DNA from: Escherichia phage vB_EcoM_HZ_ZJUN4
Direction: 5' to 3' (one strand)
DNA: 64,000 bases
Sequence record: PP216085
In this document: piece by piece, positions 1 to 11,044 of the stretch
Numbering within the stretch: position 1 is the stretch's first letter
Layout: each line of letters opens with the position of its first letter
Made by a program: the position numbers and the translations under genes
The notes under the pieces: model-generated
The model's database searches: none
What the model was told of the DNA's origin: nothing
The model's input: only the letters and a program-made list of their open reading frames with translations

Positions 1-133
1 ATTCCAATAAATGAATAGAAACGAAATCAACTTCTGCCGGTGATAAATTTGGACAAATAGAATCGATCAAAAGTTTTAAATTTTCATCGGGTCCTTTAAC
101 ATCTTTTAAAATGTTATAATGTTTAAGACCCAT
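1..133 (-). CDS. 28: baseplate hub subunit gp28, N-terminal fragment running off the window edge
   Basis: Reverse-strand ATG at 131-133 opens a frame (MGLKHYNILKDVKGPDENLK...) just downstream of gene 27, the position gene 28 holds in T4. Confidence 0.5.
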   Translation of the reverse strand, partial: MGLKHYNILKDVKGPDENLKLLIDSICPNLSPAEVDFVSIHLLE

Positions 134-152
134 TTTAGGAATAGAAACTTCT

Positions 153-1328
153 TTATTGCTTATTGGAAGAACTACTTTCTTCAGTGGTAGTATCAGATTT
201 AAATTCATTTTTAACCTTAACTGGGTCTATTGTTTCCAGTTTCGTTGCATTAGTGAACATATATAGATGAGTTACTGAATTATTATTGGATAATTCGTGG
301 ATAACTTCATCAACGTAAAATTCTGTTTTAAATTGGTTTTTACTATCATTAAAAATAATTTTAACGCCAGGTGTCAAGTTAAAATTACCGACAGTAGAAC
401 ATTTAGCATAGCCATCGTATTGTGCCATAGTTTGAAGACGAATAGCTTCTTCATATCCATTCCTATAAGTCATTTCAGAATAAGCACCTGACCTTGACAC
501 TACAATAGAGTTTTCGCCTTTTCCTGTAGTAATCATTGGCAATGAAGAATCTAAAAATGAATGCGCATAGATAGTAGCATTTTTCATTGGGTCACGTTTG
601 TGAGGATTCGATTTAGTCAACCAAACGAAATCATACGCTAATGGATATTTTAATTCTTGGATGAATTGACCTATTAAAGATGGCTCACCGACAATCATTG
701 GATATGGTTCTTGATTTATCATCATGTCATAGTCCATCATGTTAACTCCCATGATGTCTTGCCACACAAATACAAATTTGTCACTTCCTACAGCTAGAGC
801 AACTTCTCTGACATACGACAAATAGTTTTCAAATGTACTAGTCCACGGAATATCAGGAACATAAGCATTTATAGCATTTATCGCTGGAGTTAATAGCGTG
901 CGGTCTTGATAAATGACACCAAGCATTTCCTTTATAGATTCACCTGCATCAGGGAAAAACGGTCTGCCAAATTTAAGATTTTCTATAGAATGAATAGTTC
1001 CCAATTCAATAGCAATGATGTTATCACCTTTTGAATCTACTGACACTGAAAAATGCTTACATCCATAAATTCTTGTTTTAACATTATTAATATCGTTTGC
1101 ATTAGCTACAGAAATCTGAATTATTTCATTTCCATCCATTTTTGTATGGATATTTTTAGAATCATAAAACTGCAGCATTCCTTCATTTCGGCCATAAAGA
1201 GAATCCCGCATAGTTAATGTGGTAATAGTAGCAGCTAATTCAACAAATCTATTATTACTCCAAGCGTCGTAGCTATCAAATAATTTAACGCTGAGATTTG
1301 GATATCCTGGGCGTTGCAACATACTCAT
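153..1328 (-). CDS. 27: baseplate hub subunit gp27
   Basis: 391 aa, same length as T4 gp27; synteny 51-27-28. Confidence 0.9.
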   Translation of the reverse strand: MSMLQRPGYPNLSVKLFDSYDAWSNNRFVELAATITTLTMRDSLYGRNEGMLQFYDSKNIHTKMDGNEIIQISVANANDINNVKTRIYGCKHFSVSVDSKGDNIIAIELGTIHSIENLKFGRPFFPDAGESIKEMLGVIYQDRTLLTPAINAINAYVPDIPWTSTFENYLSYVREVALAVGSDKFVFVWQDIMGVNMMDYDMMINQEPYPMIVGEPSLIGQFIQELKYPLAYDFVWLTKSNPHKRDPMKNATIYAHSFLDSSLPMITTGKGENSIVVSRSGAYSEMTYRNGYEEAIRLQTMAQYDGYAKCSTVGNFNLTPGVKIIFNDSKNQFKTEFYVDEVIHELSNNNSVTHLYMFTNATKLETIDPVKVKNEFKSDTTTEESSSSNKQ

Positions 1329-2077
1329 TATTGTTTATCCTTCTCAATCAGTTTTAATACGAATCCGCGCTCAGCAGGAATCATTTTCATTATTGAATTT
1401 AAGCTATAATTACTTTTTACGAGCGTGTGATTAATTTGATAAAAAGTAAATATTTCATCTGGGTTAACTAATAGCTTAAACACATCTACTATATCAGTGT
1501 ATTTTTTTACATACTTATCACAGCAGGACATATGTAGCGTTAAATTAATAGGATTCATTGCATCGAGAATTTTTTCTAATGTTTCTATCTCGATGGCGTC
1601 AACAAGTTCTATTTGACTTGATTCACTAATTTCCTTCCAATCATACCATGTTTCATCTACTTGAACAGAATGAATATTTTCAGTAATCATCTTCGCTTTA
1701 TTTTCATAAAACTCAGAAGGAAACTTTAATTTAATTTTAACATTAGCTACATCAAAAACAGGTTCCTTTAATTCTTTTTGATATATTTCAAATGGAACTG
1801 TCTTTTCTTTTTTACATTTTGGACATACAAATGTGACCGGTACTTTAGTTTTACCTATTGACCCTACAAATACCTGCAAAAATATAAATGGTTGCCAAGT
1901 CTTCGGATAGTCTCCAAAATAATCAGCAATTAAATCAGCAATTATTTCTTTTTGTTCTTGTGGTGACCGATGTTCTATATCGTTTCGAACTAACAAAAAA
2001 TCTCGATAATCTTCTACCGTAAATGGTTTAAAACGATGAACACCATCTGGTAATTTACAACGAATAATGTTTGCCAT
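1328..2077 (-). CDS. 51: baseplate hub assembly catalyst gp51
   Basis: 249 aa as in T4; stop/start overlap with gene 27; synteny. Confidence 0.85.
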   Translation of the reverse strand: MANIIRCKLPDGVHRFKPFTVEDYRDFLLVRNDIEHRSPQEQKEIIADLIADYFGDYPKTWQPFIFLQVFVGSIGKTKVPVTFVCPKCKKEKTVPFEIYQKELKEPVFDVANVKIKLKFPSEFYENKAKMITENIHSVQVDETWYDWKEISESSQIELVDAIEIETLEKILDAMNPINLTLHMSCCDKYVKKYTDIVDVFKLLVNPDEIFTFYQINHTLVKSNYSLNSIMKMIPAERGFVLKLIEKDKQ

Positions 2078-2127
2078 AGATGCTCCTTTTATTCTATTTA
2101 TAAATATGATAAATAAAGGAGCTAAAT

Positions 2128-2754
2128 ATGTATGAATACAAATTTGGCGTGAGAGTTGGTTCTAAAATAATCAACTGTCGCGCATTTACTCTTAAAGAAT
2201 ATCTAGAACTTATTACTGCTAAAAAGAACGGTTCAGTAGAAGAGATCGTTAAAAAGCTAATCAAAGACTGTACAAATGCAAAAGATTTAAACCGCCAAGA
2301 ATCAGAACTCTTGTTGATTCATTTATGGGCACATTCTCTTGGGGAAGTTAATCACGAAAACTCCTGGAAGTGCACCTGTGGAACTGAAATACCAACCCAT
2401 ATAAATCTATTACATACGCAAATAGATGCACCAGAAGACCTCTGGTATACACTGGGTGACATTAAAATTAAGTTCCATTACCCTAAAATTTTTGATGATA
2501 AAAATATAGCCCACATGATAGTATCATGTATAGAAACGATTCATGCTAACGGTGAAAGCATTCCAATTGAAGACTTAAATGAAAAAGAGTTGGAAGATTT
2601 ATATTCTATCATCACAGAGTCAGATATTGTAGCTATAAAAGATATGCTTTTAAAGCCTACTGTTTATTTGGCTGTTCCAATTAAATGTCCAGAGTGTGGA
2701 AAATCTCACGCTCACGTAATAAGAGGACTCAAAGAATTCTTTGAGCTATTGTAA
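2128..2754 (+). CDS. 26: baseplate hub subunit gp26
   Basis: 208 aa as in T4; Cys pairs CTCG...CPECG; followed by gene 25 with ATGA-type overlap. Confidence 0.8.
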   Translation: MYEYKFGVRVGSKIINCRAFTLKEYLELITAKKNGSVEEIVKKLIKDCTNAKDLNRQESELLLIHLWAHSLGEVNHENSWKCTCGTEIPTHINLLHTQIDAPEDLWYTLGDIKIKFHYPKIFDDKNIAHMIVSCIETIHANGESIPIEDLNEKELEDLYSIITESDIVAIKDMLLKPTVYLAVPIKCPECGKSHAHVIRGLKEFFELL

Positions 2755-3152
2755 TGGCAAATATTAATAAGCTTTATTCTGACATTGACCCAGAAATGAA
2801 AATGGATTGGAACAAAGATGTTTCTAGATCTCTTGGATTAAGGTCAATTAAAAATAGCCTTTTGGGAATTATTACAACCAGAAAAGGGTCAAGACCTTTT
2901 GACCCAGAATTTGGATGCGATTTATCTGATCAGCTTTTTGAGAATATGACTCCTCTTACTGCTGATACAGTTGAGCGTAACATCGAAAGCGCAGTAAGAA
3001 ACTACGAGCCACGTATTGATAAATTAGCAGTTAATGTAATACCAGTTTATGATGATTATACTTTGATAGTAGAAATACGCTTTTCGGTCATCGATAACCC
3101 TGATGATATTGAACAGATAAAACTACAACTGGCTTCCAGTAATAGAGTATAA
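2754..3152 (+). CDS. 25: baseplate wedge subunit gp25
   Basis: 132 aa; N-terminus [22 protein letters not shown] recognised as T4 gp25. Confidence 0.9.
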   Translation: MANINKLYSDIDPEMKMDWNKDVSRSLGLRSIKNSLLGIITTRKGSRPFDPEFGCDLSDQLFENMTPLTADTVERNIESAVRNYEPRIDKLAVNVIPVYDDYTLIVEIRFSVIDNPDDIEQIKLQLASSNRV

Positions 3153-3218
3153 TGCTTCACGTATAAACGTGGTATAATGAATCTAAGTCCATCCAATAAC
3201 AATTGAATAGAGAACAAT

Positions 3219-3632
3219 ATGAGATTAGAAGATCTTCAAGAAGAATTGAAGAAAGATGTGTTTATAGATTCGACTAAATTACAGTATGAAGCAGCTAATA
3301 ATGTGATGTTATATAGTAAATGGCTTAATAAGCATTCAAGTATTAAAAAGGAAATGCTTAGAATTGAAGCACAGAAAAAAGTTGCTCTTAAAGCTAAATT
3401 AGACTACTACTCGGGACGAGGAGATGGTGATGAATTTAGTATGGATCGTTATGAAAAATCAGAAATGAAGACAGTTCTATCAGCTGATAAGGATGTTTTA
3501 AAAGTTGATACTTCATTACAATATTGGGGAATTTTATTGGATTTCTGTAGCGGAGCTCTTGATGCTATTAAATCACGTGGATTTGCTATTAAGCATATTC
3601 AAGACATGCGAGCATTTGAGGCTGGAAAATAA
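3219..3632 (+). CDS. uvsY: UvsY recombination mediator
   Basis: 137 aa as in T4 UvsY; position between gene 25 and uvsW. Confidence 0.9.
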   Translation: MRLEDLQEELKKDVFIDSTKLQYEAANNVMLYSKWLNKHSSIKKEMLRIEAQKKVALKAKLDYYSGRGDGDEFSMDRYEKSEMKTVLSADKDVLKVDTSLQYWGILLDFCSGALDAIKSRGFAIKHIQDMRAFEAGK

Positions 3633-3856
3633 TGAAATATAGCATTGATGATGCTTTTAATTATGAAGAAGAATTCGAAACGGAAATTCAATTTTTAATG
3701 AAAAAGTATAATCTCAAGCGTCAGGATATTCGTATCCTGGCCGACCACCCATGCGGTGAAGATGTACTTTATATTAAAGGAAAATTTGCCGGATATCTTG
3801 ATGAATATTTTTATTCTAAAGATATGGGCATTGATATGCATATGAGAGTTATATAA
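3632..3856 (+). CDS. small protein at the uvsY.-1 position
   Basis: 74-aa ORF coupled to the uvsY stop (ATGA overlap); synteny only. Confidence 0.6.
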   Translation: MKYSIDDAFNYEEEFETEIQFLMKKYNLKRQDIRILADHPCGEDVLYIKGKFAGYLDEYFYSKDMGIDMHMRVI

Positions 3857-3859
3857 ATA
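3852..3859 (+). promoter_or_regulatory. T4-type late promoter box TATAAATA
   Basis: Exact TATAAATA 26 nt upstream of the 3885 ATG, followed by GAGGAG ribosome-binding site. Confidence 0.5.
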
Positions 3860-3884
3860 GATATATAATTTAGAGGAGACAATC

Positions 3885-4052
3885 ATGTCAGATAAGATTT
3901 GTGTTGTCTGTAAAACTCCAATCGATTCTGCATTGGTTGTTGAAACAGACAAAGGTCCTGTACATCCTGGGCCTTGCTATAATTACATTAAAGAACTACC
4001 AGTTTCAGAAAGTTCGGAAGAACAATTAAATGAAACACAACTTTTGCTATAG
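3885..4052 (+). CDS. 55-aa Cys-containing small protein at the uvsY.-2 position
   Basis: ORF below the track cutoff, translated by hand (MSDKICVVCKTPIDS...PGPCYNY...); strong RBS, late promoter box, terminator downstream. Confidence 0.5.
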   Translation: MSDKICVVCKTPIDSALVVETDKGPVHPGPCYNYIKELPVSESSEEQLNETQLLL

Positions 4053-4074
4053 TGTGACCTTTAGTCTATAGTTT

Positions 4075-4104
4075 TGGCCCTTCCTTTTTGGTTGGGCCTT
4101 TTTT
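4075..4104 (+). terminator. intrinsic terminator hairpin
   Basis: GGCCC...GGGCC stem followed by TTTTTT. Confidence 0.6.
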
Positions 4105-4107
4105 AAT

Positions 4108-4350
4108 TTAAAAGCTTTCTTCTACTTCATCGTCTGAATCTTCTAATTCAGCTCTTTTTCCTGCCAAAGCATCTCTGACTGAGATGTCATCAGTATCTTT
4201 TAATTCAGTTTCTTTAACTCTTTTCTTATAATAAGCTTCAAGTTCTTCTAGACCTTCTAATGTTTGGCAAGAGGCAATTTTACCCATAAATTCATCAATA
4301 GAAGCTTCATAAAGAAATTGTTTAAATTCTAGTAACATCTTTTTCTCCAA
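4108..4350 (-). CDS. uvsW.1: UvsW.1 small acidic protein
   Basis: 80-aa ORF immediately downstream of uvsW, as in T4. Confidence 0.7.
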   Translation of the reverse strand: MEKKMLLEFKQFLYEASIDEFMGKIASCQTLEGLEELEAYYKKRVKETELKDTDDISVRDALAGKRAELEDSDDEVEESF

Positions 4351-4363
4351 AGGGCCGAAGCCC

Positions 4364-5875
4364 TTATAAATTAACTGTTTTCATTACGTAATTAAATTTT
4401 TCATCTGCGTAGCGCTGAATACGATCAATGCCGTGTTTTAAAAGATAGTTCAAATGAACATATTTCTTTTTCGTATTAGCAGATTTTGGCTTGACGCCAC
4501 AATCATCAATGAGGTCCCAGACCGTTGCGATTGTTTTAGAACCATGCTTACGTAATACACGACCTATTGTTTGCAATACAATAATTTTAGATTTAACACC
4601 GTGCGCTAAAACAACGTGATGCAGATTTTTAACTGAAATACCAGTAGAAAATACACCATAACTAGCTACTATAATTATTCCTTTACCGTTTTCAGCTAAG
4701 GTTTTCATTACATTGCGAGTTTCGGTATCAACTTCCCCCGATACGTAATAAACTTTATCGTATTCATTTTTAATTAAATCGAAAATAGCTTTACCATGTG
4801 ATACATGTTTAAACATGACAAAAGCGTTTTCATCTTTTTGTGCAAGTTTAATAGCTAATTTAGCGATCCATTTATTTCTTTTACTGAGCCCAGTAATAAT
4901 TTTTATTTCTTCTTGGTAAGTTTTTCCCTTTAATTTAGTAGTGAACTCATCAGGATAACGAAGAAAAATACTATTAATTTTTAGCTCAGTTACTTGTCCA
5001 TCTTCCATTAATTTAGAAGTCGTTACTGGCTTAAATATTTCACCAAACATTCCAACATACTGCATGATATTAGCTTTGCCATCACGTAATGAACCTGATA
5101 GACCAAATTTGAACATGCAGTTATTTAAACCTGATATGATAGATGAAATACTTTTTCCTGTGGCAAGATGGCATTCATCATTCATCATCATTCCAAACTG
5201 TGAGAACCATTCTTTTGGTTGTTTTACTACAGTTTGCCATGTACCAACAATTACCGGTGCATCATTTTTATATTTATCATCTTTTGATGCTCCACCACCG
5301 ATTTTCTTTATCATTGCATGACTGAATAAACGATAGTCAACAAAGTCATCAGCCATCTGAGTTGTCAGAGCAGTTGTTGGAACAATGATAAGAATTTTAC
5401 CTTCATAATTTTCCAAATAATAACGTGCAAGCAAAGCTTGAATTAAAGATTTACCTGCGGATGTTGGAAGATTAAGAATTCTACGACGATTAACTAATCC
5501 TTCGAACACTGCATCTTTTTGATACCAGTGTGGTTCAATTCTTTTATTTCCTGAATAGATTTCTAACTTAGAAAGCCATTCATCAAAATCTTTTCTTGAT
5601 AATTCTTCTTTTTCGTTAATTTGCGGGTCAATCCAAGCTTTATAGCCAAAGTTATCGCAGAACTTTTTAATTTGCCCAACTAAGCCGAATGGAAGAAGGC
5701 GATTATAATCTAAAAGACGGATTCGTCCATCCCAGTGACCATATTTGTATTTCGGATTAAAACGATACCCATCAGCTTCAAAGCTAAAGAAATCACGGAG
5801 TTCATGAAATGTACTTTCTTCACAATCAATTCTCACGTGACTAAAATCATAAAAATGTACTTTAATGTCAGTCAT
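4364..5875 (-). CDS. uvsW: UvsW DNA helicase (SF2)
   Basis: 503 aa; Walker A NLPTSAGKS and DECH box; N-terminus MTDIKVHFYDFSHVRIDCEEST recognised. Confidence 0.95.
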   Translation of the reverse strand: MTDIKVHFYDFSHVRIDCEESTFHELRDFFSFEADGYRFNPKYKYGHWDGRIRLLDYNRLLPFGLVGQIKKFCDNFGYKAWIDPQINEKEELSRKDFDEWLSKLEIYSGNKRIEPHWYQKDAVFEGLVNRRRILNLPTSAGKSLIQALLARYYLENYEGKILIIVPTTALTTQMADDFVDYRLFSHAMIKKIGGGASKDDKYKNDAPVIVGTWQTVVKQPKEWFSQFGMMMNDECHLATGKSISSIISGLNNCMFKFGLSGSLRDGKANIMQYVGMFGEIFKPVTTSKLMEDGQVTELKINSIFLRYPDEFTTKLKGKTYQEEIKIITGLSKRNKWIAKLAIKLAQKDENAFVMFKHVSHGKAIFDLIKNEYDKVYYVSGEVDTETRNVMKTLAENGKGIIIVASYGVFSTGISVKNLHHVVLAHGVKSKIIVLQTIGRVLRKHGSKTIATVWDLIDDCGVKPKSANTKKKYVHLNYLLKHGIDRIQRYADEKFNYVMKTVNL

Positions 5876-5925
5876 GTCTAAATACCATGTAATAAATATA
5901 TCTATATTTATACTGAGGAAATATT

Positions 5926-6606
5926 ATGATAGATAAAGATTATATTGCAGAGCTGAAGGCTCTTGATGATAATAAAGAAGCTAAAGCTAAATTAGCTGAA
6001 TATGCTGAACAGTTTGGTATAAAGGTCAAAAAGAATAAATCTTTTGATAATATCGTTATTGATATTGAAGAAGCCCTCCAGAAGCTCGCTAGTGAACCTA
6101 TGCCAGAGACTGATGGGTTATCTATTAAAGACTTAATCAATGCTGCTGATGCTGCAGAGGGATTAAAATATGACGATGAAGAGGTCAATCCAGAAGCAGC
6201 ACTTCTGATTGATTCTCCGGTTAAATCTGATATTAAAATTGAAGTAGTAGAAACGGATAAAATTCCTGAAAATACCGATGTTTTGATTGAAGATACTCCT
6301 TTTGTTGAAGAAAAATTCGAACAGGCTGTAGCTGAGATTATTGAATCTGAAAAACCGTCTGTATTTACTCTTCCGGAAAACTTTAGTCCGAATCTTCAGC
6401 TGATTGGAAAAAATCCAGGATTCTGCACTGTTCCTTGGTGGATTTACCAGTGGATTGCTGAAACTCCGGATTGGAAATCTCACCCAACTAGTTTTGAACA
6501 CGCGTCGGCACATCAAACTTTATTTAGCTTAATTTACTACATTAATCGTGACGGATCAGTTCTAATTCGTGAAACACGTAATTCTTCTTTCGTAACATTA
6601 AAATAA
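5926..6606 (+). CDS. inh: Inh, inhibitor of prohead protease (by synteny)
   Basis: 226-aa ORF between uvsW and hoc. Confidence 0.6.
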   Translation: MIDKDYIAELKALDDNKEAKAKLAEYAEQFGIKVKKNKSFDNIVIDIEEALQKLASEPMPETDGLSIKDLINAADAAEGLKYDDEEVNPEAALLIDSPVKSDIKIEVVETDKIPENTDVLIEDTPFVEEKFEQAVAEIIESEKPSVFTLPENFSPNLQLIGKNPGFCTVPWWIYQWIAETPDWKSHPTSFEHASAHQTLFSLIYYINRDGSVLIRETRNSSFVTLK

Positions 6607-6615
6607 GGATAACTT

Positions 6616-7749
6616 ATGGCTTTTACAGTTGATATAACTCCTAAAACACCTACTGGAGTTATAGATCAGACTCAGCAGTTTACTGCTACACCCAGTGGTG
6701 AAACTGGAGGTGGAACTATTACCTATGCTTGGACTGTAGATAATGTTCCACAAGATGGGGCTGAAGCAACTTTTAGTTATGTACTAAAAGGACCTGCCGG
6801 TCAAAAGACTATTAAGGTGGTTGCAACAAATACAATTCCAGATACTGATGCTGAAACAGCAGAAGCTACTACAACTATTACAGTTCAAAACAAGACACAG
6901 ACAACTACCTTAGCTGTAACTCCTGCTAGTCCTGCTGCTGGAGTAATTGGAACCCCAGTTCAATTTACTGCTGCCTTAGCTTCTCAACCATCAGGTGCAT
7001 CTGCTACGTATCAGTGGCATGTAGATGATTCTCCTGTGAGCGAAGCAACTAGTGCTACATTCAATTACACTCCTACTACAAGCGGAGTTAAAAAAATTAA
7101 GTGTGTAGCTCAAGTAACCGCGGCAGATTATGATGCACTGAGCGTTACTTCTAATGAAGTATCACTGACTGTTAATAAGAAGACAATGAATCCACAGGTT
7201 ACACTGACTCCTCCTTCTATTAATGTTCAGCAAGATGCTTCGGCTACATTTACTGCTAATGTTACTGGCGCACCTGACGCAGCACAAATTACTTACTCGT
7301 GGAAGAAAGATTCTTCTCCTGCAGAAGGGTCAACTAATGTATACACTGTTGATACATCATCTATTGGAAGTCAAACCATTGAAGTTACTGCAACTGTTAC
7401 TGCAACTGACTATGATAGCAAAACTATCACAGCAGAAGGTCAAGTTCAGGTAACTGATAAAGTTGTTGCTCCGGAACCAGAAGGTGAATTACCTTATGTT
7501 CATCCTCTTCCACATCGTACTTCAGCTTATATCTGGTGCGGTTGGTGGGTTATGGATGAAATCCAAAAAATGACTGAAGAAGGTAAAGATTGGAAAACTG
7601 AAGATCCAGATAGTAAGTACTACTTGCATCGTTACACTCTTCAGAAGATGATGAAAGACTATCCAGAAGTTGATGTTCAAGAATCACGTAATGGATACAT
7701 CATTCATAAAACTGCTTTAGAAACTGGTATCATCTATACCTATCCATAA
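6616..7749 (+). CDS. hoc: Hoc outer capsid decoration protein
   Basis: 377 aa; repeated Ig-like modules (TATPSG...TYAW / TYQW / TYSW); C-terminal YVHPLPHR...CGWWVMDE recognised. Confidence 0.9.
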   Translation: MAFTVDITPKTPTGVIDQTQQFTATPSGETGGGTITYAWTVDNVPQDGAEATFSYVLKGPAGQKTIKVVATNTIPDTDAETAEATTTITVQNKTQTTTLAVTPASPAAGVIGTPVQFTAALASQPSGASATYQWHVDDSPVSEATSATFNYTPTTSGVKKIKCVAQVTAADYDALSVTSNEVSLTVNKKTMNPQVTLTPPSINVQQDASATFTANVTGAPDAAQITYSWKKDSSPAEGSTNVYTVDTSSIGSQTIEVTATVTATDYDSKTITAEGQVQVTDKVVAPEPEGELPYVHPLPHRTSAYIWCGWWVMDEIQKMTEEGKDWKTEDPDSKYYLHRYTLQKMMKDYPEVDVQESRNGYIIHKTALETGIIYTYP

Positions 7750-7754
7750 TCATA

Positions 7755-7780
7755 AGGGGCTTCGGCCCCTTTCTTCATTT
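7755..7780 (+). terminator. intrinsic terminator after hoc
   Basis: AGGGGC-TTCG-GCCCCT hairpin followed by a T-rich tract. Confidence 0.7.
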
Positions 7781-7838
7781 TGAAAGCACACAAAACACAA
7801 TCAGAAAACGATGTATATAATGGCACCAACTCGATAAC

Positions 7839-8054
7839 ATGAGATTGATTATGAGAACTGAGGTTGTGGTGTTTACACTCCATGAGTCTGGAAAGTCATT
7901 CATTGAAATTGCTCGTGAATTGAACTTACAGGCAAAGGAAGTGGCTGTATTATGGGCTCGAGCTATGACTGCTAAGAATAAATTTGAGACTCGAGAAAAA
8001 GTTGTCTATAGAAAAAGACATATTAATAAAAAGGTGAAAAATGGAACAGTATGA
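7839..8054 (+). CDS. hypothetical small protein (position of T4 24.3)
   Basis: 71-aa ORF; synteny only. Confidence 0.5.
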   Translation: MRLIMRTEVVVFTLHESGKSFIEIARELNLQAKEVAVLWARAMTAKNKFETREKVVYRKRHINKKVKNGTV

Positions 8055-8319
8055 TCTTTATGAAAATGAATCTTTTGCTAATCAATTACGCGAAAAAGCA
8101 CTTAAAAGTAAACAGTTTAAACTAGAGTGTTTTATTAAAGATTTTTCGGAACTTGCTAATAAAGCAGCTGAACAAGGTAAAACATATTTTAGTTATTATT
8201 GCACTGCTCGCGATAAATTGATTACTGAAGAAATTGGTGATTGGCTGAGAAAAGAAGGATTTAGCTTTAAAGTCAATAGTGATCAGCGTGATGGTGATTG
8301 GTTAGAAATTACATTTTGA
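8041..8319 (+). CDS. hypothetical small protein (position of T4 24.2)
   Basis: 92-aa ORF overlapping the previous stop; synteny only. Confidence 0.5.
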   Translation: MEQYDLYENESFANQLREKALKSKQFKLECFIKDFSELANKAAEQGKTYFSYYCTARDKLITEEIGDWLRKEGFSFKVNSDQRDGDWLEITF

Positions 8320-8328
8320 GGATTAATT

Positions 8329-9333
8329 ATGTTTAAAAAGTATAGCAGTCTTGAAAATCATTACAATTCTAAATTCATTGAAAAACTTTACAGTTTAGGA
8401 TTGACTGGCGGCGAATGGGTAGCTCGTGAAAAGATTCATGGCACAAATTTCTCACTAATTATTGAACGCGATAAAGCAACTTGTGCTAAACGTACTGGAC
8501 CGATTCTTCCTGCTGAAGATTTCTTTGGGTATGAAATTATTCTAAAGAATTACGCTGATTCCATTAAAGCAGTACAAGATATTATGGAAACTTCGGCAGT
8601 TGTATCTTATCAAGTCTTTGGCGAATTCGCTGGACCTGGCATTCAGAAGAATGTTGATTATGGTGATAAAGATTTTTATGTATTTGACATTATTGTTACT
8701 ACCGAAAGTGGTGATGTGACTTATGTCGATGATTATATGATGGAATCATTCTGTAATACATTTAAATTTAAAATGGCTCCACTTTTAGGTCGCGGTAAAT
8801 TTGAAGAGCTTATTAAATTGCCAAATGATTTAGATTCTGTCGTTCAAGATTATAATTTTACAGTAGACCATGCTGGATTAGTTGATGCAAATAAATGCGT
8901 TTGGAATGCCGAAGCAAAAGGCGAAGTATTTACCGCTGAAGGTTATGTATTGAAACCTTGTTATCCTTCTTGGATGCCTAACGGAAATCGTGTAGCTATT
9001 AAATGCAAGAACTCTAAATTTAGTGAAAAGAAAAAGTCTGATAAGCCTATTAAAGCTAAAGTTGAACTGTCAGAAGCTGATAACAAATTGGTGGGAATTT
9101 TAGCTTGTTACGTTACACTGAACCGAGTAAATAACGTTATTTCTAAAATTGGCGAAATTGGTACAAAAGATTTTGGAAAGGTGATGGGACTAACTGTTCA
9201 AGATATTTTGGAAGAAACTTCTCGTGAAGGTATTACTCTAACTCAAGCAGATAATCCTTCTTTGGTTAAAAAGGAATTAGTTAAAATGGTACAAGATGTA
9301 CTTCGTCCGGCTTGGATTGAATTGGTAAGTTAA
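8329..9333 (+). CDS. rnlB: RNA ligase 2 (Rnl2)
   Basis: 334 aa; adenylylation lysine motif EKIHGTN; N-terminus [16 protein letters not shown] recognised. Confidence 0.9.
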   Translation: MFKKYSSLENHYNSKFIEKLYSLGLTGGEWVAREKIHGTNFSLIIERDKATCAKRTGPILPAEDFFGYEIILKNYADSIKAVQDIMETSAVVSYQVFGEFAGPGIQKNVDYGDKDFYVFDIIVTTESGDVTYVDDYMMESFCNTFKFKMAPLLGRGKFEELIKLPNDLDSVVQDYNFTVDHAGLVDANKCVWNAEAKGEVFTAEGYVLKPCYPSWMPNGNRVAIKCKNSKFSEKKKSDKPIKAKVELSEADNKLVGILACYVTLNRVNNVISKIGEIGTKDFGKVMGLTVQDILEETSREGITLTQADNPSLVKKELVKMVQDVLRPAWIELVS

Positions 9334-9337
9334 ATAA

Positions 9338-9366
9338 AAAGGGACCGAAAGGTCCCTTTGTTTTAT
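9338..9366. terminator. bidirectional terminator between rnlB and gene 24
   Basis: AAAAAGGGACC-GAAA-GGTCCCTTTGTTTT; U-tract on both strands. Confidence 0.7.
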
Positions 9367-10646
9367 TCATCAACAATAATTTTTGGTAGCTTAACACCTA
9401 ATAAAACAGACAAATCTGAACGACCCGCCATTTTATCCATGTCTCCACCATCAATTATTCTTGCTTCTTTTTCATCTTTTGCTACAGTGTAAGGATTTGC
9501 AGATAAAGCATATCTAACTAATAAACCGATAGATGGCTGCAAACTTTCTGGATCAACTACAACTTTAAATGCACCTACATGTTCAGGGTCATCTAAGTCA
9601 AGACCTTCTGTATACGGAGCATAGAAAATTGATCCAACAATTTCTTTTTCGCCAATATTTTCTACCACGCCAACGATTACATAATCTAATGGGCTGTTAG
9701 TATCGCAATAAAGCGGTAAACCATTAGCTAAGAACCCGTAGGCATTTTGTGAAAGATATTTGTCATCTTCTGGTTTATGTTTTAACCAACCTGATGCAGC
9801 AAGAATCGCAGCGGCACGAGCTGAAGCAACACAGAACGTTGCTGTATAAGTTGATTCTTTTTGGATATGCGAAACCATTTCACACACCATTCGATATAAT
9901 GAACGACCAGCTTCAGGTGCAGATGCATAACTCAAATCAATGAAACCGGTATCAGTAATTCCTGTAACTTTATAGCGTTTTGATACTGTAATCAAAGACT
10001 GTAGAATATCTTTATTGATTTCATCCGCCATTTCAGTTGCAAGCAAATCTTCCAAGAAATTAGGAGCATCGAATCCATTTGCTTCTAAATCTTGTGCTAA
10101 TTCAACTGTGATGCCAGTTTTAAGTTTACGAGATTTAACTGCGGTTTGCCATTTATTAATCTGGAATCTAGCATCCGCAATTTCGCTATCAGAGCTTTCA
10201 AATTTGCTCGTTGACGCTGCATCAGAAAATAGACGAACCTTTAAAAGAACAATTGCAATCTGAAGAGCTAATTCTAAATCGCTTTCTTCAATGGTAGCAA
10301 ATGGTGTATCTTCTAATACTTTATAAACGATATTATTGTATTTGAATAAATCGCCTTTATTGAGAGTTAATTTAGACTCTTCTGTTAATTCTGTGATTTG
10401 TTCTCGGTCTACATACCCAGCTTCGCCAGCGTAAGTAGCACCAGTTTTAAAAGTAAATTCGTTATCTGGATTAAGGTATTTGATACCATAAAAAGCAGCA
10501 ACAGGTTGATTAGTTCTTTGCGTTGCTACAATGTCAGAATATATTAATTTAGTGGTAGCGCGAGTCAAAGCAACGAGATTTGGGCGACCGATTGAGTTGC
10601 TATTCGTTGTGGTTGATTCGCGCAGAAGTTCGTTGATTTTAGCCAT
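9363..10646 (-). CDS. 24: head vertex protein gp24
   Basis: 427 aa as in T4; paralog of gp23; synteny. Confidence 0.95.
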   Translation of the reverse strand: MAKINELLRESTTTNSNSIGRPNLVALTRATTKLIYSDIVATQRTNQPVAAFYGIKYLNPDNEFTFKTGATYAGEAGYVDREQITELTEESKLTLNKGDLFKYNNIVYKVLEDTPFATIEESDLELALQIAIVLLKVRLFSDAASTSKFESSDSEIADARFQINKWQTAVKSRKLKTGITVELAQDLEANGFDAPNFLEDLLATEMADEINKDILQSLITVSKRYKVTGITDTGFIDLSYASAPEAGRSLYRMVCEMVSHIQKESTYTATFCVASARAAAILAASGWLKHKPEDDKYLSQNAYGFLANGLPLYCDTNSPLDYVIVGVVENIGEKEIVGSIFYAPYTEGLDLDDPEHVGAFKVVVDPESLQPSIGLLVRYALSANPYTVAKDEKEARIIDGGDMDKMAGRSDLSVLLGVKLPKIIVDE

Positions 10647-10674
10647 TGCGCTTTCCTTGTTGAGAGTATATGTT

Positions 10675-10682
10675 TATTTATA
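10675..10682 (-). promoter_or_regulatory. late promoter box for gene 24
   Basis: Plus-strand TATTTATA (TATAAATA on minus) 29 nt upstream of the gp24 start. Confidence 0.5.
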
Positions 10683-10748
10683 AAAGTTGTTTACAGCAAG
10701 GTTATCACATGTTACTATAGACCTATCAAAAACATGAGGAGATTAAAA

Positions 10749-11015
10749 ATGAACAAGTTAAACTTTATTCGTACTACTCTGTCCGCTCTTGATAAAGACA
10801 TCAAAGCCCTGGTAGAAAAATATGGTTCCAATCCTAACGGTAATGCAGTGAATGCCCTAGTTAAGAAATATGAAACCATGGCTTATGCTACTGACTTCTG
10901 GTGGAACGGTGAATATTCTACCCATACCAAAGACAAATCTGGTAACTGGCTGAAAATCCAAGAAAATCGTATTGACTTCCGTGACATCATCAACCGTCGA
11001 GTTAAGATTGCGTAG
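10749..11015 (+). CDS. hypothetical 88-aa protein convergent with gene 23
   Basis: Track ORF starts at 10734; internal ATG at 10749 has better spacing from a GAGGAG RBS; ends at the shared hairpin. Confidence 0.45.
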   Translation: MNKLNFIRTTLSALDKDIKALVEKYGSNPNGNAVNALVKKYETMAYATDFWWNGEYSTHTKDKSGNWLKIQENRIDFRDIINRRVKIA

Positions 11016-11022
11016 TATAGAA

Positions 11023-11044
11023 ACAAGAATGGGAGACCGAAGTC
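11023..11044. terminator. perfect hairpin shared by convergent transcripts
   Basis: ATGGGAGAC-CGAA-GTCTCCCAT; minus strand has a T-rich tail. Confidence 0.5.

Noticed and set aside
4339-4364. Hairpin AGGGCCGAAGCCCT between uvsW and uvsW.1 as a terminator
   Set aside because: No U-tract on the minus strand and it overlaps the uvsW.1 ribosome-binding site
5064-5325. Two overlapping plus-strand ORFs of 85 and 60 aa
   Set aside because: Embedded antisense in uvsW, whose helicase motifs confirm the minus-strand frame
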